Positions 1 through 10,328 of a DNA stretch of 64,000 bases are shown here, one piece after another. The notes beneath the pieces are model-generated. The model was not told the origin of the DNA. It worked only from the letters and a program-made list of their open reading frames with translations, and did not search any database. The stretch comes from an uncultured Bacteroidota bacterium (GTDB taxonomy: Bacteria > Bacteroidota > Bacteroidia > AKYH767-A > OLB10): the NCBI GenBank assembly GCA_963814475.1, contig CAWFDA010000046.1, positions 666,940-730,939 of the forward strand. The letters run 5' to 3'. Within the stretch, counting starts at the first letter, position 1, and each line of letters starts with the position of its first letter. A program made the translations under genes and the position numbers.

Positions 1-285
1 ATTTTCGGAGAGGAAACCGTAACCGGGATGAATAGCATCGGCACCGGTAGCTTTTGCAGCTTCAATAATTTTATCGAAAACAAGGTAAGATTGAGAGGAT
101 GGCGGAGGACCAATGCCAACTGCTTCATCGGCATATTTCACGTGGGGAGAAGTACGATCGGCGGTAGAAAAAACTGCCACCGTTTTAATACCCATCTCAC
201 GGGCACTACGCATTACCCGCAAAGCGATTTCGCCTCGGTTGGCAACCAATATCTTTTTTATTTCCCTCTTAACAATTTTGGCCAT
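1..285 (-). CDS. accC: Biotin carboxylase, N-terminal part (acetyl-CoA carboxylase AccC-like). The gene runs off the window start.
   Basis: Reverse translation gives [38 protein letters not shown]...[11 protein letters not shown], the canonical biotin carboxylase N-terminus. The ATG is at 283-285 on the minus strand. Confidence 0.7.
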   Translation of the reverse strand, partial: MAKIVKREIKKILVANRGEIALRVMRSAREMGIKTVAVFSTADRTSPHVKYADEAVGIGPPPSSQSYLVFDKIIEAAKATGADAIHPGYGFLSEN

Positions 286-364
286 TTTATAGAATTATGA
301 ACCTGCCAAAATTAGTTAATCTGCTCTCCTATTTTCAATTAATTAAATCAAAGTTATCAAACGA

Positions 365-1030
365 TTACCTTAAATTATTGTCGGGAAGATTTTGAGATAG
401 CTCCTTATCACCTGGATGTTTGTGTTTAGGCATGGTGCCAAACAACAAATCCCATAGTGGAAGAGACACGCTAAACGCATAATCATCTGATTTATAATGA
501 TGCAGACTATGGTGTTTCCACAGATATTTTAAAAAGTTACGAGGGGGTTTGTATCGGTGAACGGCATAATGAATGACTAGATATGTGGAGTAGCCGGCCA
601 TAAAACCGGGAAAAAAGAGCCAAACATAGTCGCCGGTCAGCAACCTGAAAAGCAGATAAAATAGCACTGCAATGGCAATAGAAATCAGAGGAGGCATTAC
701 CAAACGGTCTTTATCGCGGGGATACTCGTGATGAACACCATGAATATGATATTGGAGTTGTTTTTCTTTTTCGGATTCGGCATTAAAATGAAAAATAAAA
801 CGGTGAATTAGGTACTCTACAAAGGAAAACACGAACATTCCTGCCGGAACAAAAAAGATCATTTTCCAGTGATCGATGGTGGGAATAGTAAAGGAATACG
901 CTAAAAAAACAACTCCTGCCAAGTAGTAAAAAATGACCGGCACTAAAAAGTGGGTTCTGGTAAGTCGTTCCAGTAACTTATTGTCAAACAAGCGGGTAGT
1001 ACCCTTATTGAAGATTTTGGAATCTTTCAT
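365..1030 (-). CDS. Fatty acid hydroxylase / sterol desaturase superfamily membrane protein.
   Basis: 221 aa ORF with His-box motifs (HGVHHEYP, HHSLHHYKSDD) and several hydrophobic segments. Confidence 0.7.
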   Translation of the reverse strand: MKDSKIFNKGTTRLFDNKLLERLTRTHFLVPVIFYYLAGVVFLAYSFTIPTIDHWKMIFFVPAGMFVFSFVEYLIHRFIFHFNAESEKEKQLQYHIHGVHHEYPRDKDRLVMPPLISIAIAVLFYLLFRLLTGDYVWLFFPGFMAGYSTYLVIHYAVHRYKPPRNFLKYLWKHHSLHHYKSDDYAFSVSLPLWDLLFGTMPKHKHPGDKELSQNLPDNNLR

Positions 1031-1189
1031 GGTGGTTACCTTTTGTAGCTGTAAATTTACAAAAAAAAAGAAAATTCAAAAAAAAGGAAGGAATAATTTA
1101 CGCTTCGAATTCGCCGTCATCGCGAAAGCAAAAATGAAATAGAAAATTGTTCGAATATGAGTGCAAAAGGCCATTCTTAAAGTCAAGGT

Positions 1190-2290
1190 ATACACATCCC
1201 TGCAAGCTGCAGGCAGGCTCGTCCCAAGCCACAGGCCTGCGCGACAGACGAGTACGATAAAAAGGAGGTCCATTTAAAATATAAAGTTTACACATACTCG
1301 TCCCACGCCTTATGGCCAGCGCTTCAGACGAGTACGATGAAAGGGTACGATAAAAAGAAGATCCATCTAAAATATAAAGTTTACACATACTCGTCCCACA
1401 CCTTATGGCCAGCGCTTCAGACGAGTACGATGAAAAGAAGATCCATCTAAAATATAAAGTTAACACATACTCGTCCCACGCTTTATGGCCAGCGCTTCAG
1501 ACGAGTACGATGAAAGGGTACGATAAAAAGAAGATCCATCTAAAATATAAAGTTTACACATACTCGTCCCACGCCTTATGGCCAGCGCTTCAGACGAGTA
1601 CGATGAAAGGGTACGATAAAAAGAAGATCCATCTAAAATATAAAGTTTACACATACTCGTCCCACACCTTATGGCCAGCGCTTCAGACGAGTACGATGAA
1701 AAGAAGATCCATCTAAAATATAAAGTTTACACATACTCGTCCCACGCCTTATGGCCAGCGCTTCAGACGAGTACGATGAAAGGGTACGATAAAAAGAAGA
1801 TCCATCTAAAATATAAAGTTTACACATACTCGTCCCACACCTTATGGCCAGCGCTTCAGACGAGTACGATGAAAGGGTACGATAAAAAGAAGATCCATCT
1901 AAAATATAAAGTTTACACATACTCGTCCCACACCTTATGGCCAGCGCTTCAGACGAGTACGATGAAAAGAAGATCCATCTAAAATATAAAGTTTACACAT
2001 ACTCGTCCCACGCCTTATGGCCAGCGCTTCAGACGAGTACGATGAAAGGGTACGATGAAAAGAAGGTCCATTTAAAATATAAAGTTAACACATACTCGTC
2101 CCACGCCTTATGGCCAGCGCTTCAGACGAGTACGATGAAAGGGCTCGTCCCACGCCTTATGGCCAGCGCGTCAGACGAGTACGATAAAAAGGGTCCTTCT
2201 AAAATATAATGTTTAACACATACCTGCCTGCAGCAGGCAGGCTCGTCCCACGCCTTATGGCCGGCGCGTCAGACGAGTACGATAAAAGTG
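1190..2290. repeat. Tandem array of about 13 copies of a 77-94 bp unit. Each unit has a ~40 bp hairpin core (CTCGTCCCACGCCTTATGGCCAGCGCTTCAGACGAGTACGAT) plus an A-rich linker. The array is capped at both ends by a short palindrome (CCTGC..GCAGG).
   Basis: CTCGTCCCA recurs at ~1218, 1298, 1388, 1468, 1562, 1656, 1736, 1827, 1921, 2001, 2097, 2143 and 2241. Long and short unit variants differ by a 14 nt indel. The stem is ACTCGTC/GACGAGT. Confidence 0.9.
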
Positions 2291-2405
2291 TTTTCAATTT
2301 TAACTTCGACCCGATCTAATGCTTCGAACGCCGTCAATCCGAATGGAAAACTTTGTAATTTTCAGTTTTCAATTTTCAATTTTAACTATGACACGCTCTG
2401 ATATT
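2290..2405. repeat. MITE-like element of the TTTTCAGTTTTCAATT family, in inverted orientation (contains CTTCGACCCGAT, the reverse complement of ATCGGGTCGAAG).
   Basis: Shares GTTTTCAATTTT / TTTTCAGTTTTCAATTTTCAATT termini and the GGGTCGAAG core with the copies at 35930-36030 and 37260-37470. Confidence 0.6.
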
Positions 2406-2424
2406 TCGATTTCCGTCGGAAAAA

Positions 2425-3294
2425 TTATTTCGCCGTAATAAATCCAATAATTCTGTAAACCAGTTTTGCCAGGGTAAACTCCGATAAAATTTGTCCTTCA
2501 ACAGGAGCCACTTCAACCACATCAAAACCCACCACATTTTTATTTTCGACCACCATCTTAAGAAATTCCACCGTTTCATTCCAAAACAGACCGTTAGGTT
2601 CTGCAGTACCTACGCAGGGAATTACAGAAGGATCGAAACCATCGGCATCAATGGTGATGTACACATCATCCGTTAAATTTGCCAATGCCTCATTCATCCA
2701 ATTGGGATTTCGACGAATTTGATGTGCATAAAAGGTGTGAATATTAGCAGAAGATTTTATGAGATCGGCTTCTTCTTTACACTGAGCTCTGATACCTATT
2801 TGAACAATATTTAAACCCAGTTCATTTACCCGAGCCATTACGGAAGCATGAGAGTAAATGTTGTCGTGATAAGACGATCTTAAATCGGAATGTGCATCAA
2901 TTTGCAACACTGAAATATTACCATATTTTTTAACATGCGATTTTACAAAACCAAAAGTAACGGTATGTTCGGCACCTAGAGAAATCACAAACTTCCCATC
3001 ATCAATCAATTGATCGGTATGTTTTTCGATAAGATCAATGGCATCGGCATCAAATTTACCGTCAAAATTCATGGGTGACAATGTGGCTATTCCTCCTTTA
3101 CGGAAAGATTCCTGATCGAGTTCTTCATCATAAAATTCCACAAAATGAGAAGCTTCAATAATTGCTCCCGGACCTTTTGCAGAACCTTGTAAATAAGATG
3201 ATGTATGTTCGTAGGGAGCGGATTGAATTACGAAACGTGACGATTCATAGGAACAGAGATTTCATCCTCAATTGCTAAGGAAATTTTCTTCGGC
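2425..3294 (-). CDS. speB: Agmatinase / arginase-family ureohydrolase. The main ORF is 2425-3141 with a GTG start. The N-terminal ~50 codons are split by two apparent frameshifts.
   Basis: Carries ureohydrolase motifs (LGAEHTVT, QIDAHSDLR, TIDADGFDP). Upstream, in other frames, are MKALSAEENFL and ...YEHTSSYLQGSAKGPGAIIEASH. Confidence 0.65.
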
Positions 3295-3312
3295 TGATAA
3301 TGCTTTCATAAG

Positions 3313-4509
3313 TTACTTCTTCAAAACTTCTGCAACCAGATCTGCAGCTTCTTTAAGTTGAATTGCAGAAAACACCTTCAATCCTGATTCATCAATAATT
3401 TTTTTTGCTTCCACTGCATTGGTTCCTTGAAGACGAACAATGATAGGAACATGAATTTCACCAATGCTTTTGTAAGCATCAACAATACCCTGAGCAACAC
3501 GATCGCAACGAACAATTCCACCAAAAATATTCACCAAAATAGCTTTTACATTCGGGTCTTTAAGAATGATACGGAAGGCTTGTTCCACTCTTGCAGCATT
3601 GGCAGTACCACCAACATCTAGAAAGTTAGCAGGTTCACCACCTGCAAGTTTAATAATATCCATGGTAGCCATTGCAAGACCTGCACCATTTACCATACAA
3701 CCAACATTACCATCGAGTTTCACATAATTCAGATTATGTTCACCTGCTTCAACTTCAGTAGGATCTTCTTCGGAAATATCACGCATATCTGCGATAATCA
3801 GTATGACGATAAAGAGCATTTTCATCGAAATTCACTTTTGCATCAACAGCAATAATTTTATCGTCGGAAGTTTTTAGAACAGGATTAATTTCAAACATCG
3901 ATGCATCGATAGAATCGTAGGCTTTATAAAGAGTGGCAACAAATTTTGTCATTTCTTTAAATGCATTGCCACTTAGTCCTAGGTTAAAAGCAATTTTTCT
4001 GGCTTGGAAAGGCATGCAAACCAGAGAGTGGATCGATTTCTTCTTTAAAAATCAAATGAGGTGTTTTTTCAGCCACTTCTTCAATATCCATTCCACCTTC
4101 AGTAGAATACATGATTATATTTCTACCGGTTTGACGATTCAAAAGAACACTCATATAAAATTCAGAAGTTTCGGATAGGACCGGGATAATAAACATCTTG
4201 AGCAATCAGCACTTTATTCACTTTTTTACCTTGTGGGCCAGTTTGAGGAGTAACCAATTGCATACCTATGATATCAGTAGCCTTTGCTTTCACATCATCT
4301 AAACTTTTCGCCAATTTAACTCCACCACCTTTACCTCTACCACCGGCATGAATTTGAGCTTTTACCACCCACCAGGAAGTACCAGTTTGTTTCTGCAATT
4401 CTATAGCTGCTTCAACTGCTTGCTCCGGTGTTTCGGCAACAATTCCTTCTTGTATAGCCAACCCAAAACTTTTCAAAATTGATTTGCCCTGATATTCGTG
4501 AATATTCAT
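3313..4509 (-). pseudogene. sucC: Succinate--CoA ligase beta subunit (SucC), broken into 4 ORF fragments by frameshifts.
   Basis: Four consecutive minus-strand ORFs (4162-4509, 3984-4205, 3779-4015, 3313-3825) together reconstruct SucC: the N-terminal MNIHEYQGK... motif through the CoA-ligase domain ...GGIVRCD.... Confidence 0.8.
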
Positions 4510-4596
4510 AATAGATAGTGCTTAATTAATGAGGCGCAAAAATATTGATTTTTAACCGATACTCACACATGAATTTCAATAAATTATAAACTCCAA

Positions 4597-5391
4597 TTAT
4601 TTTTTGTAATATTTCATTGCTGAGGGCACAAAATCACGGATCGCCTTTATTCTTTTATCATCAGCCGGATGCGTGCTCATAAATTCGGGTGGTTTGGTGC
4701 CGGTATTAAGTTTTATCATCCTAGCCCACACTTCGGGAGCCTGAGAAGGATCATATCCGGCCATAGCCATAAAAATCATCCCTAATTTATCGGCTTCCGA
4801 TTCGTGAGATCTGGAGAATGGCAGAATCACCCCATATTGAGCCCCTGCACCATAGGCATCCATCAATAATTGGTGTGTTTGTGCCGATTGGGAAGAGAGT
4901 GCAACATCTAAAACAATACTCCCTGTTTGGGCTAATAACATCTGACTCATTCGTTCATTTCCATGACGGGCTACGGCATGAGCTATTTCGTGCCCCATTA
5001 CGAAGGCCAGTCCGGTTTCGTCTTTGGTAACGGGCAACAATCCGGAGTAAACCACCACTTTTCCACCGGGCAAACACCAGGCATTTATCTCTTTAGAATC
5101 AACCAGGTTAAATTCCCACTTATAGCCCTTAACTCTGTCGGCGAAACCATTCTGTTTCATGTAATTAATAACCGCAATGGAAATTTTTGTGCCTACATCC
5201 TTAACCATATAAGCGTTCGCATCGGTGGTGTTTAGTGGCGGGTTTTGGCCTAGAAAATCCTTGTAAGAGGTTAATCCCATGGCGATGAGTTCGCTTTCGG
5301 GAAGCAAATTCATCTGTTTCCGGTTGGTAAGTGGTACTTTGGAACAGGAAGCCATTAAAAGGAGGATACAAAGAGTGATTTTAGTTTTCAT
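4597..5391 (-). CDS. M48-family zinc metallopeptidase, lipoprotein.
   Basis: Lipoprotein signal MKTKITLCILLLMASCS and an HEIAHAVARH zincin motif in a 264 aa ORF. Confidence 0.7.
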   Translation of the reverse strand: MKTKITLCILLLMASCSKVPLTNRKQMNLLPESELIAMGLTSYKDFLGQNPPLNTTDANAYMVKDVGTKISIAVINYMKQNGFADRVKGYKWEFNLVDSKEINAWCLPGGKVVVYSGLLPVTKDETGLAFVMGHEIAHAVARHGNERMSQMLLAQTGSIVLDVALSSQSAQTHQLLMDAYGAGAQYGVILPFSRSHESEADKLGMIFMAMAGYDPSQAPEVWARMIKLNTGTKPPEFMSTHPADDKRIKAIRDFVPSAMKYYKK

Positions 5392-5589
5392 TAAGGAAAT
5401 TCGGGAATTTTAGAATTTGTTAAATTTTGGAGGGCTCATACATTTATAGTACAAGTTATTATTAAAATAATCCATTTATGATATCAATTCATGTAGAATT
5501 TCTTCGCAAATTAAATAATTTAGAGAATATTACTTTGAATTTCGTTTTATTTTATTCAATTTTGGTATGGGCAAATTATAATCACTATT

Positions 5590-5940
5590 ATGAATCTACG
5601 TACATTAAATAAGGAGAATTCTATCCATATGTTGGTTTTGGGTTCGATGTTGTTATCTTGGGGAGTTACCAGCTTTTACTTTGAACGTTTGGTACCCAAT
5701 GAAGTTGTGGAGAGTTTGTGTAACTTTTTATTGATGCCGGTGAGTTTAATCGACAACATACTTTCGTTTTTCACCAAAGCAAATATTTCGGGCAATCCTT
5801 TAGGGATGTTTTTTGCACTTTGGATCACCTACATGTTGCCTGCATTTAGGCTCTATCCTGTTTTTATGATCAAAAATCATCAGGTTTCGGATTTGAAAAG
5901 CTGGTATCAATCACGTTACGGAATTTCTTCAGAAGCTTAA
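5590..5940 (+). CDS. Hypothetical small membrane protein.
   Basis: 116 aa ORF with hydrophobic segments and no recognisable family. Confidence 0.35.
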   Translation: MNLRTLNKENSIHMLVLGSMLLSWGVTSFYFERLVPNEVVESLCNFLLMPVSLIDNILSFFTKANISGNPLGMFFALWITYMLPAFRLYPVFMIKNHQVSDLKSWYQSRYGISSEA

Positions 5941-6033
5941 TTTACTGTTAAAGAAACACAAATTTAAATCAATCAACTATTGAGGAAAATTTATTTTCTT
6001 TTATAGGTTAACAGACAATATAAATCTCAAAAT

Positions 6034-6070
6034 AAAAGGGTTTTCCATAATTGGAGAACCCTTTTATTTT
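6034..6070. terminator. Bidirectional rho-independent terminator between convergent genes.
   Basis: AAAAGGGTTTTCC-ATAATT-GGAGAACCCTTTTATTTT: a GC stem with A- and T-runs on either side. Confidence 0.5.
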
Positions 6071-6086
6071 GAGGTTAAAATATAAA

Positions 6087-7628
6087 CTAACGGAACATAC
6101 TATCTGCTTTAACAATTTGTACTCGAGTAACATTTATTTTATACTTTGATACTTCATCATCTTCTTTGAGTAATTCTTGAGGCAAAGTAGCTTTTAATGC
6201 ATCAGAATAAGACATAGGCGATACTTTGTTACTCATCAAACTTTCTTTTAGAGCTTCTGCTTCACTATCATCAGTAACAATAGTAACTTGCATATTTTGA
6301 GTTTGCCAGTATCTTTTCATTACTCTGTTAACATCGGCAGCAGTAACTTTTCCCAATAATTCATCCAGTTCATTAATATAATCATTTCTGCCATAGAATT
6401 TACTATCCATTAAAAAACCTAATTGTTTGGATGGAGTTTGGGTATACAATTTTGTATACGACATTAAAAATTTTCTTGTGAGTTCAAAATCTTCAGAGGA
6501 AATTCCATTATCAATAAATGTTTGCATTTCTTTTAACGCCATCCGCAAAGCAAAATGGGCATGACCAACGGTAATGTCACCTAATTCGGGATATTGTTTA
6601 CGTAGTGCTTCGGCTGTTTGAACAGGACGTAGCCAGATGCTAAAATAATTGGTGCTTCTAGGAACGCCGGGTTGCGGAAGCATATTTTGTCCACCATTTT
6701 CATACCATTCAATATAGGAATAATCACCATAATTCATCGAACGTTGCTCTCTTATTTTCTTGTACAATCTTGAGTACGATTTACGATGTTCACCCAACCA
6801 GGAGTTAGCCACCATTAGTGCTGCAAAATCATCATCCTTGCGAGTCAACGGCAAAGGAAATCCTGTAAAAATAGCAGAGCCAAGAGCATTTTCTTTCGTT
6901 ATAATTTCAACATTTATTCCGGGAACATTTTGAGAAATTCCGAACTCAGGCAGCGGTTTGCTTGTTTCACTAAGTGGTTTGCAAGCTTCTACTATTTGCA
7001 TCAAATACTTTGGAGAATAACTTCCGGCAATACCGATAGTAAGATTGGATTTTGCAAAATAATTTTTGTAATGAGCTTTAACCCTTTCCAAAGTGATTTT
7101 AGTTAAACCATTGGTAGTACCGTCCACCATTGATTGATAAGTGGTGTTACGGAATAATAAATCTTCAAGTCCCATTTTACTAAACTCCTCATCAGAAGAA
7201 GCTCTTATAACCTGATTCACATAATTTTCTTGATTCGATTTTATCCTGTTAAAGTCATTATCACTTAAAGATGGATTGGTAATTAATCCGATCATAATAG
7301 GAATAATTTTTTCAGCATGATCTTTATGAAATTCAAAAGTAAACACGGAAACTTCTTTATCAACACTTACGCACCAACGGGCTGCCCAGGGATAAGTGAG
7401 ATCTTTAATTCCTGTGCTGGAATAGGTTCCTGTACCACCTTCTGCCATCAAAGATGCTGTAAGTGCGGTGATTCCTTTTTCGACAGGACCATCACAAATA
7501 GAACCGTTTCGAAACATAAACTTAACTACAATTTTATCGGACTTAGGCAATGGCAACTCTACGGTTTCGATGGCGTAGGTGGTGAAAGAGTACACAAACA
7601 ATATGGAAATTAGGAGGATATTTTTCAT
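6087..7628 (-). CDS. M16-family peptidase, inactive-type subunit (pitrilysin/insulinase-like partner).
   Basis: 513 aa ORF with a signal peptide and M16 C-terminal-domain-like sequence. It lacks the HxxEH motif and sits adjacent to an active M16 subunit. Confidence 0.65.
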   Translation of the reverse strand: MKNILLISILFVYSFTTYAIETVELPLPKSDKIVVKFMFRNGSICDGPVEKGITALTASLMAEGGTGTYSSTGIKDLTYPWAARWCVSVDKEVSVFTFEFHKDHAEKIIPIMIGLITNPSLSDNDFNRIKSNQENYVNQVIRASSDEEFSKMGLEDLLFRNTTYQSMVDGTTNGLTKITLERVKAHYKNYFAKSNLTIGIAGSYSPKYLMQIVEACKPLSETSKPLPEFGISQNVPGINVEIITKENALGSAIFTGFPLPLTRKDDDFAALMVANSWLGEHRKSYSRLYKKIREQRSMNYGDYSYIEWYENGGQNMLPQPGVPRSTNYFSIWLRPVQTAEALRKQYPELGDITVGHAHFALRMALKEMQTFIDNGISSEDFELTRKFLMSYTKLYTQTPSKQLGFLMDSKFYGRNDYINELDELLGKVTAADVNRVMKRYWQTQNMQVTIVTDDSEAEALKESLMSNKVSPMSYSDALKATLPQELLKEDDEVSKYKINVTRVQIVKADSMFR

Positions 7629-7646
7629 AATAAAATTTTCTGGTTG

Positions 7647-8984
7647 TTAGTCTAATAAAGGTTTTTCAGATGGTGAAATAGTTGCAATAGTGAGGTTCTC
7701 TTTAGTGAGATATTTTATAGCTACTCGTTGAATATCTTCTGCCGTTACACTTTGAAAGAGTTCATACGTTTTATTTATCGCAGTTGGATCGCCTGTGACC
7801 CACACATAAAGTGCAACTGAATTCGCAATTGCATCAGGGCTGTCCATCGACATAGCAAAAGAATATTTCATACGTTCTTTAGTTTCATTAAGAACATCTT
7901 CACCCACCAATTTAGTTTTGGCATTTTCAATCCTATTTTCAATAGCCTTTTTAACATACGGCATATCAGATTCATTTACCAAAGAAGCGCTCCCACTAAA
8001 TAGGTATGGATCACGAGAGGGATATATCCCCCCCGACAACTCTCTTACTTTACTTTCTTCAACAACGAGTTTCTTATAAAGACCGGAACGTTCAGAAAAT
8101 AAAATTTGACCTAGAATATATAACGCTTGATAATCATTATTTTCTAAAGAGAATGCCGGGCCTTTATAATTCAAATCAAGAAAGGGCGGAAATTGAGGAA
8201 CCTGAATATGTGTGTATTTCGTTTCTTTTTGAGCCGGTTCCACAGGTATTTTAGCTTTGTACTTACCTGTTTTCCAATTACCGAAGTATTTTTCCGCGAG
8301 TTGGTTAACATTTTCCTGCTTTATGTCTCCAACAACAATAATGGTGCAATATTCAGGTCTGTAAAATCGATCGAAGAATTCGAGTGAAAAATTATATTGA
8401 TTAGGCATGTCAACAATATCTTCGAAGAAACCCATGGTAGTATGTTTATAGGTATGCTTTTCGAATGCAGTATTGCTGGTAGCTTCATTTAATTGCGCAA
8501 AAGGACTAGCATTATTTTTAGTGTATTCCCCTTTCACTGCTCCGGCTTCAGTTTTAAAATCTTGCACCGAATATTTCAAATTTTGAAAACGATCGGATTC
8601 AAGTTCGAACATTGTCTCCAGTGCAGCCGCATTGCCGGTCATGTGATAAACTGTTCTATCAAGAGAAGTGTTTGCATTTGCCGAAGCTCCTGTTGATTTT
8701 AATATTTCGGCATATTTATCTTTAGGATATTTTTCAGTACCTCTAAACATCATGTGTTCAAAGAAGTGAGCGAAACCTGTTTTACCTTTTTCCACTTCTT
8801 CGCGTGATCCCACACGCACTACCACATAAAAAGATGCCAATCCGGGGCTATCGTACGGGATGGTTACCACTTTTAATCCGTTAGGTAAATCCTTTTGATG
8901 AATAGGATAAGGTAGAATATCACCCGCCCAAACAAATGTGGCGAGAAAAAGACATGTAACAGTAATACTAATTTTTTTAAGCAT
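7647..8984 (-). CDS. M16-family zinc peptidase (insulinase/pitrilysin-like).
   Basis: Signal peptide and the HFFEHMMFRGTEKYP inverted zincin (HxxEH) motif. Confidence 0.8.
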   Translation of the reverse strand: MLKKISITVTCLFLATFVWAGDILPYPIHQKDLPNGLKVVTIPYDSPGLASFYVVVRVGSREEVEKGKTGFAHFFEHMMFRGTEKYPKDKYAEILKSTGASANANTSLDRTVYHMTGNAAALETMFELESDRFQNLKYSVQDFKTEAGAVKGEYTKNNASPFAQLNEATSNTAFEKHTYKHTTMGFFEDIVDMPNQYNFSLEFFDRFYRPEYCTIIVVGDIKQENVNQLAEKYFGNWKTGKYKAKIPVEPAQKETKYTHIQVPQFPPFLDLNYKGPAFSLENNDYQALYILGQILFSERSGLYKKLVVEESKVRELSGGIYPSRDPYLFSGSASLVNESDMPYVKKAIENRIENAKTKLVGEDVLNETKERMKYSFAMSMDSPDAIANSVALYVWVTGDPTAINKTYELFQSVTAEDIQRVAIKYLTKENLTIATISPSEKPLLD

Positions 8985-9029
8985 TTTTTTAGGTTTTTAG
9001 TTTGTTCTTTTTAAGGATTGTTTGAAATA

Positions 9030-9470
9030 GTGGCAAGTGTTAAGTGACATGTGACAAGTGTTTAGTGACATGTGTTTAGTGACAAGTGTTTAGTGACAAG
9101 TGACAAGTGTTTAGTGACAAGTATTCAGTGACCAGTATTCAGTGACCAGTATTTCAGTGACCAGTGTTCAGTGACCAGTGTTTTAGTGACCAGTGTTTTG
9201 GTGACCAGTGTTTTAGTGACCAGTGTTACCAGTGTTTTAGTGACCAGTGTTTTGGTGACCAGTGTTTTAGTGACCAGTGTTTTGGTGACCAGTGATTAGT
9301 AACCAGTGTTCAGTGACCAGTATTTTAGTGACCCGGGTTAGTGAACAGGATTTTAGTGACCAGTGTTCAGTATTTAATATTTAATGACCGGAATATATGA
9401 CTAATGGCTAATCTAATTAATGACCCAATGACTAATGACCCAATGACTAATGTCTAATAACAAATTAACC
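9030..9470. repeat. Minisatellite with a ~16 bp unit (GTGACCAGTGTTTTAG) in about 20 copies, followed by AATGACCCAATGACTAATGAC heptad-type repeats.
   Basis: Direct tandem repetition is visible across 9040-9360. ATGACTA / ATGACCC units span 9400-9465. Confidence 0.85.
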
Positions 9471-9475
9471 CCTTC

Positions 9476-10222
9476 TTACGTCAACATACCGCCATCAACA
9501 TTTATCACCTGGCCGGTGATGTAGGCGGACATATCGGAGGCGAGGAAAACTACCAGATTGGCAACGTCTTCAGGCGTTCCTCCTCTTTTTAGAGGAATCG
9601 CTTCTCTCCATTGTTTTACCACATCAGGATTTAGGACGGCGGTCATTTCGGTTTCGATAAAACCGGGAGCTACTGCGTTGCAGCGGATGTTGCGGGAACC
9701 TAATTCGAGGGCTATTGATTTGGTGAAACCAATGATACCGGCTTTAGAAGCAGCGTAATTTGCTTGACCGGCATTTCCTTTGACTCCAACAACAGAAGAA
9801 ATATTAATAATTGAACCTTTTCTTTCCTTCAACATTGTTTTTTGCACGGCTTTTGTAATATTAAAAACCGATTTGAGGTTAGTTTTGATCACTTCATCAA
9901 AATGTTCTTCAGACATTCTCATGAGGAGGTTATCTCGGGTGATTCCGGCATTATTCACAACTGCATCAATTTTACCAAAATCTGTTAAAACACTAGCAAC
10001 CAATTCTTCTGCAGCTTTATAGTCGGCAGCATCCGATTTGTAGCCTTTAGCTTTTATCCCATAAGTTTCGAGTTCTTTCTCCAATTCGGCCGCTTTATCG
10101 GGTGAAGAAAGAAATGTAAAAGCTACAGAAGAGCCATTTTTTGCCAAAGCAACTGCAATTCCACGACCGATTCCGCGTGAGGCTCCTGTTATCAAAGTCA
10201 CCTTGCCATCTAGTAATTTCAT
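9476..10222 (-). CDS. fabG: 3-oxoacyl-[ACP] reductase (SDR family).
   Basis: TGASRGIGRGIA Rossmann motif, NNAG and the YAASKAG catalytic motif in 248 aa. Confidence 0.85.
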   Translation of the reverse strand: MKLLDGKVTLITGASRGIGRGIAVALAKNGSSVAFTFLSSPDKAAELEKELETYGIKAKGYKSDAADYKAAEELVASVLTDFGKIDAVVNNAGITRDNLLMRMSEEHFDEVIKTNLKSVFNITKAVQKTMLKERKGSIINISSVVGVKGNAGQANYAASKAGIIGFTKSIALELGSRNIRCNAVAPGFIETEMTAVLNPDVVKQWREAIPLKRGGTPEDVANLVVFLASDMSAYITGQVINVDGGMLT

Positions 10223-10328
10223 AATTATCAGCTATTTAAGTCATTTCTAGGAAATTAGAAATCGACGTTCATTATTTGAATTTATTTGTAAATTTGCGAC
10301 CAAATATAACAAACTAAAAACAACCTTT

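Noticed and set aside
1098-2209. Long overlapping ORFs on both strands inside the tandem array (MASASDEYDEKKIHLKYKV..., MCKLYILDGSSFYRTLSSY...).
   Set aside because: They are a by-product of translating a tandem DNA repeat. Unit variants differ by 14 nt, which is not a multiple of 3, so no frame is conserved across units.
1190-2290. Possible CRISPR array.
   Set aside because: The hairpin repeats are separated by near-identical linkers rather than unique spacers. There are no cas genes nearby, and the unit period of 77-94 bp is variable.
9030-9400. The GTGACCAGTG repeat tract as a CRISPR or coding repeat.
   Set aside because: A 16 bp period with no spacers is a simple minisatellite. No ORF is supported.
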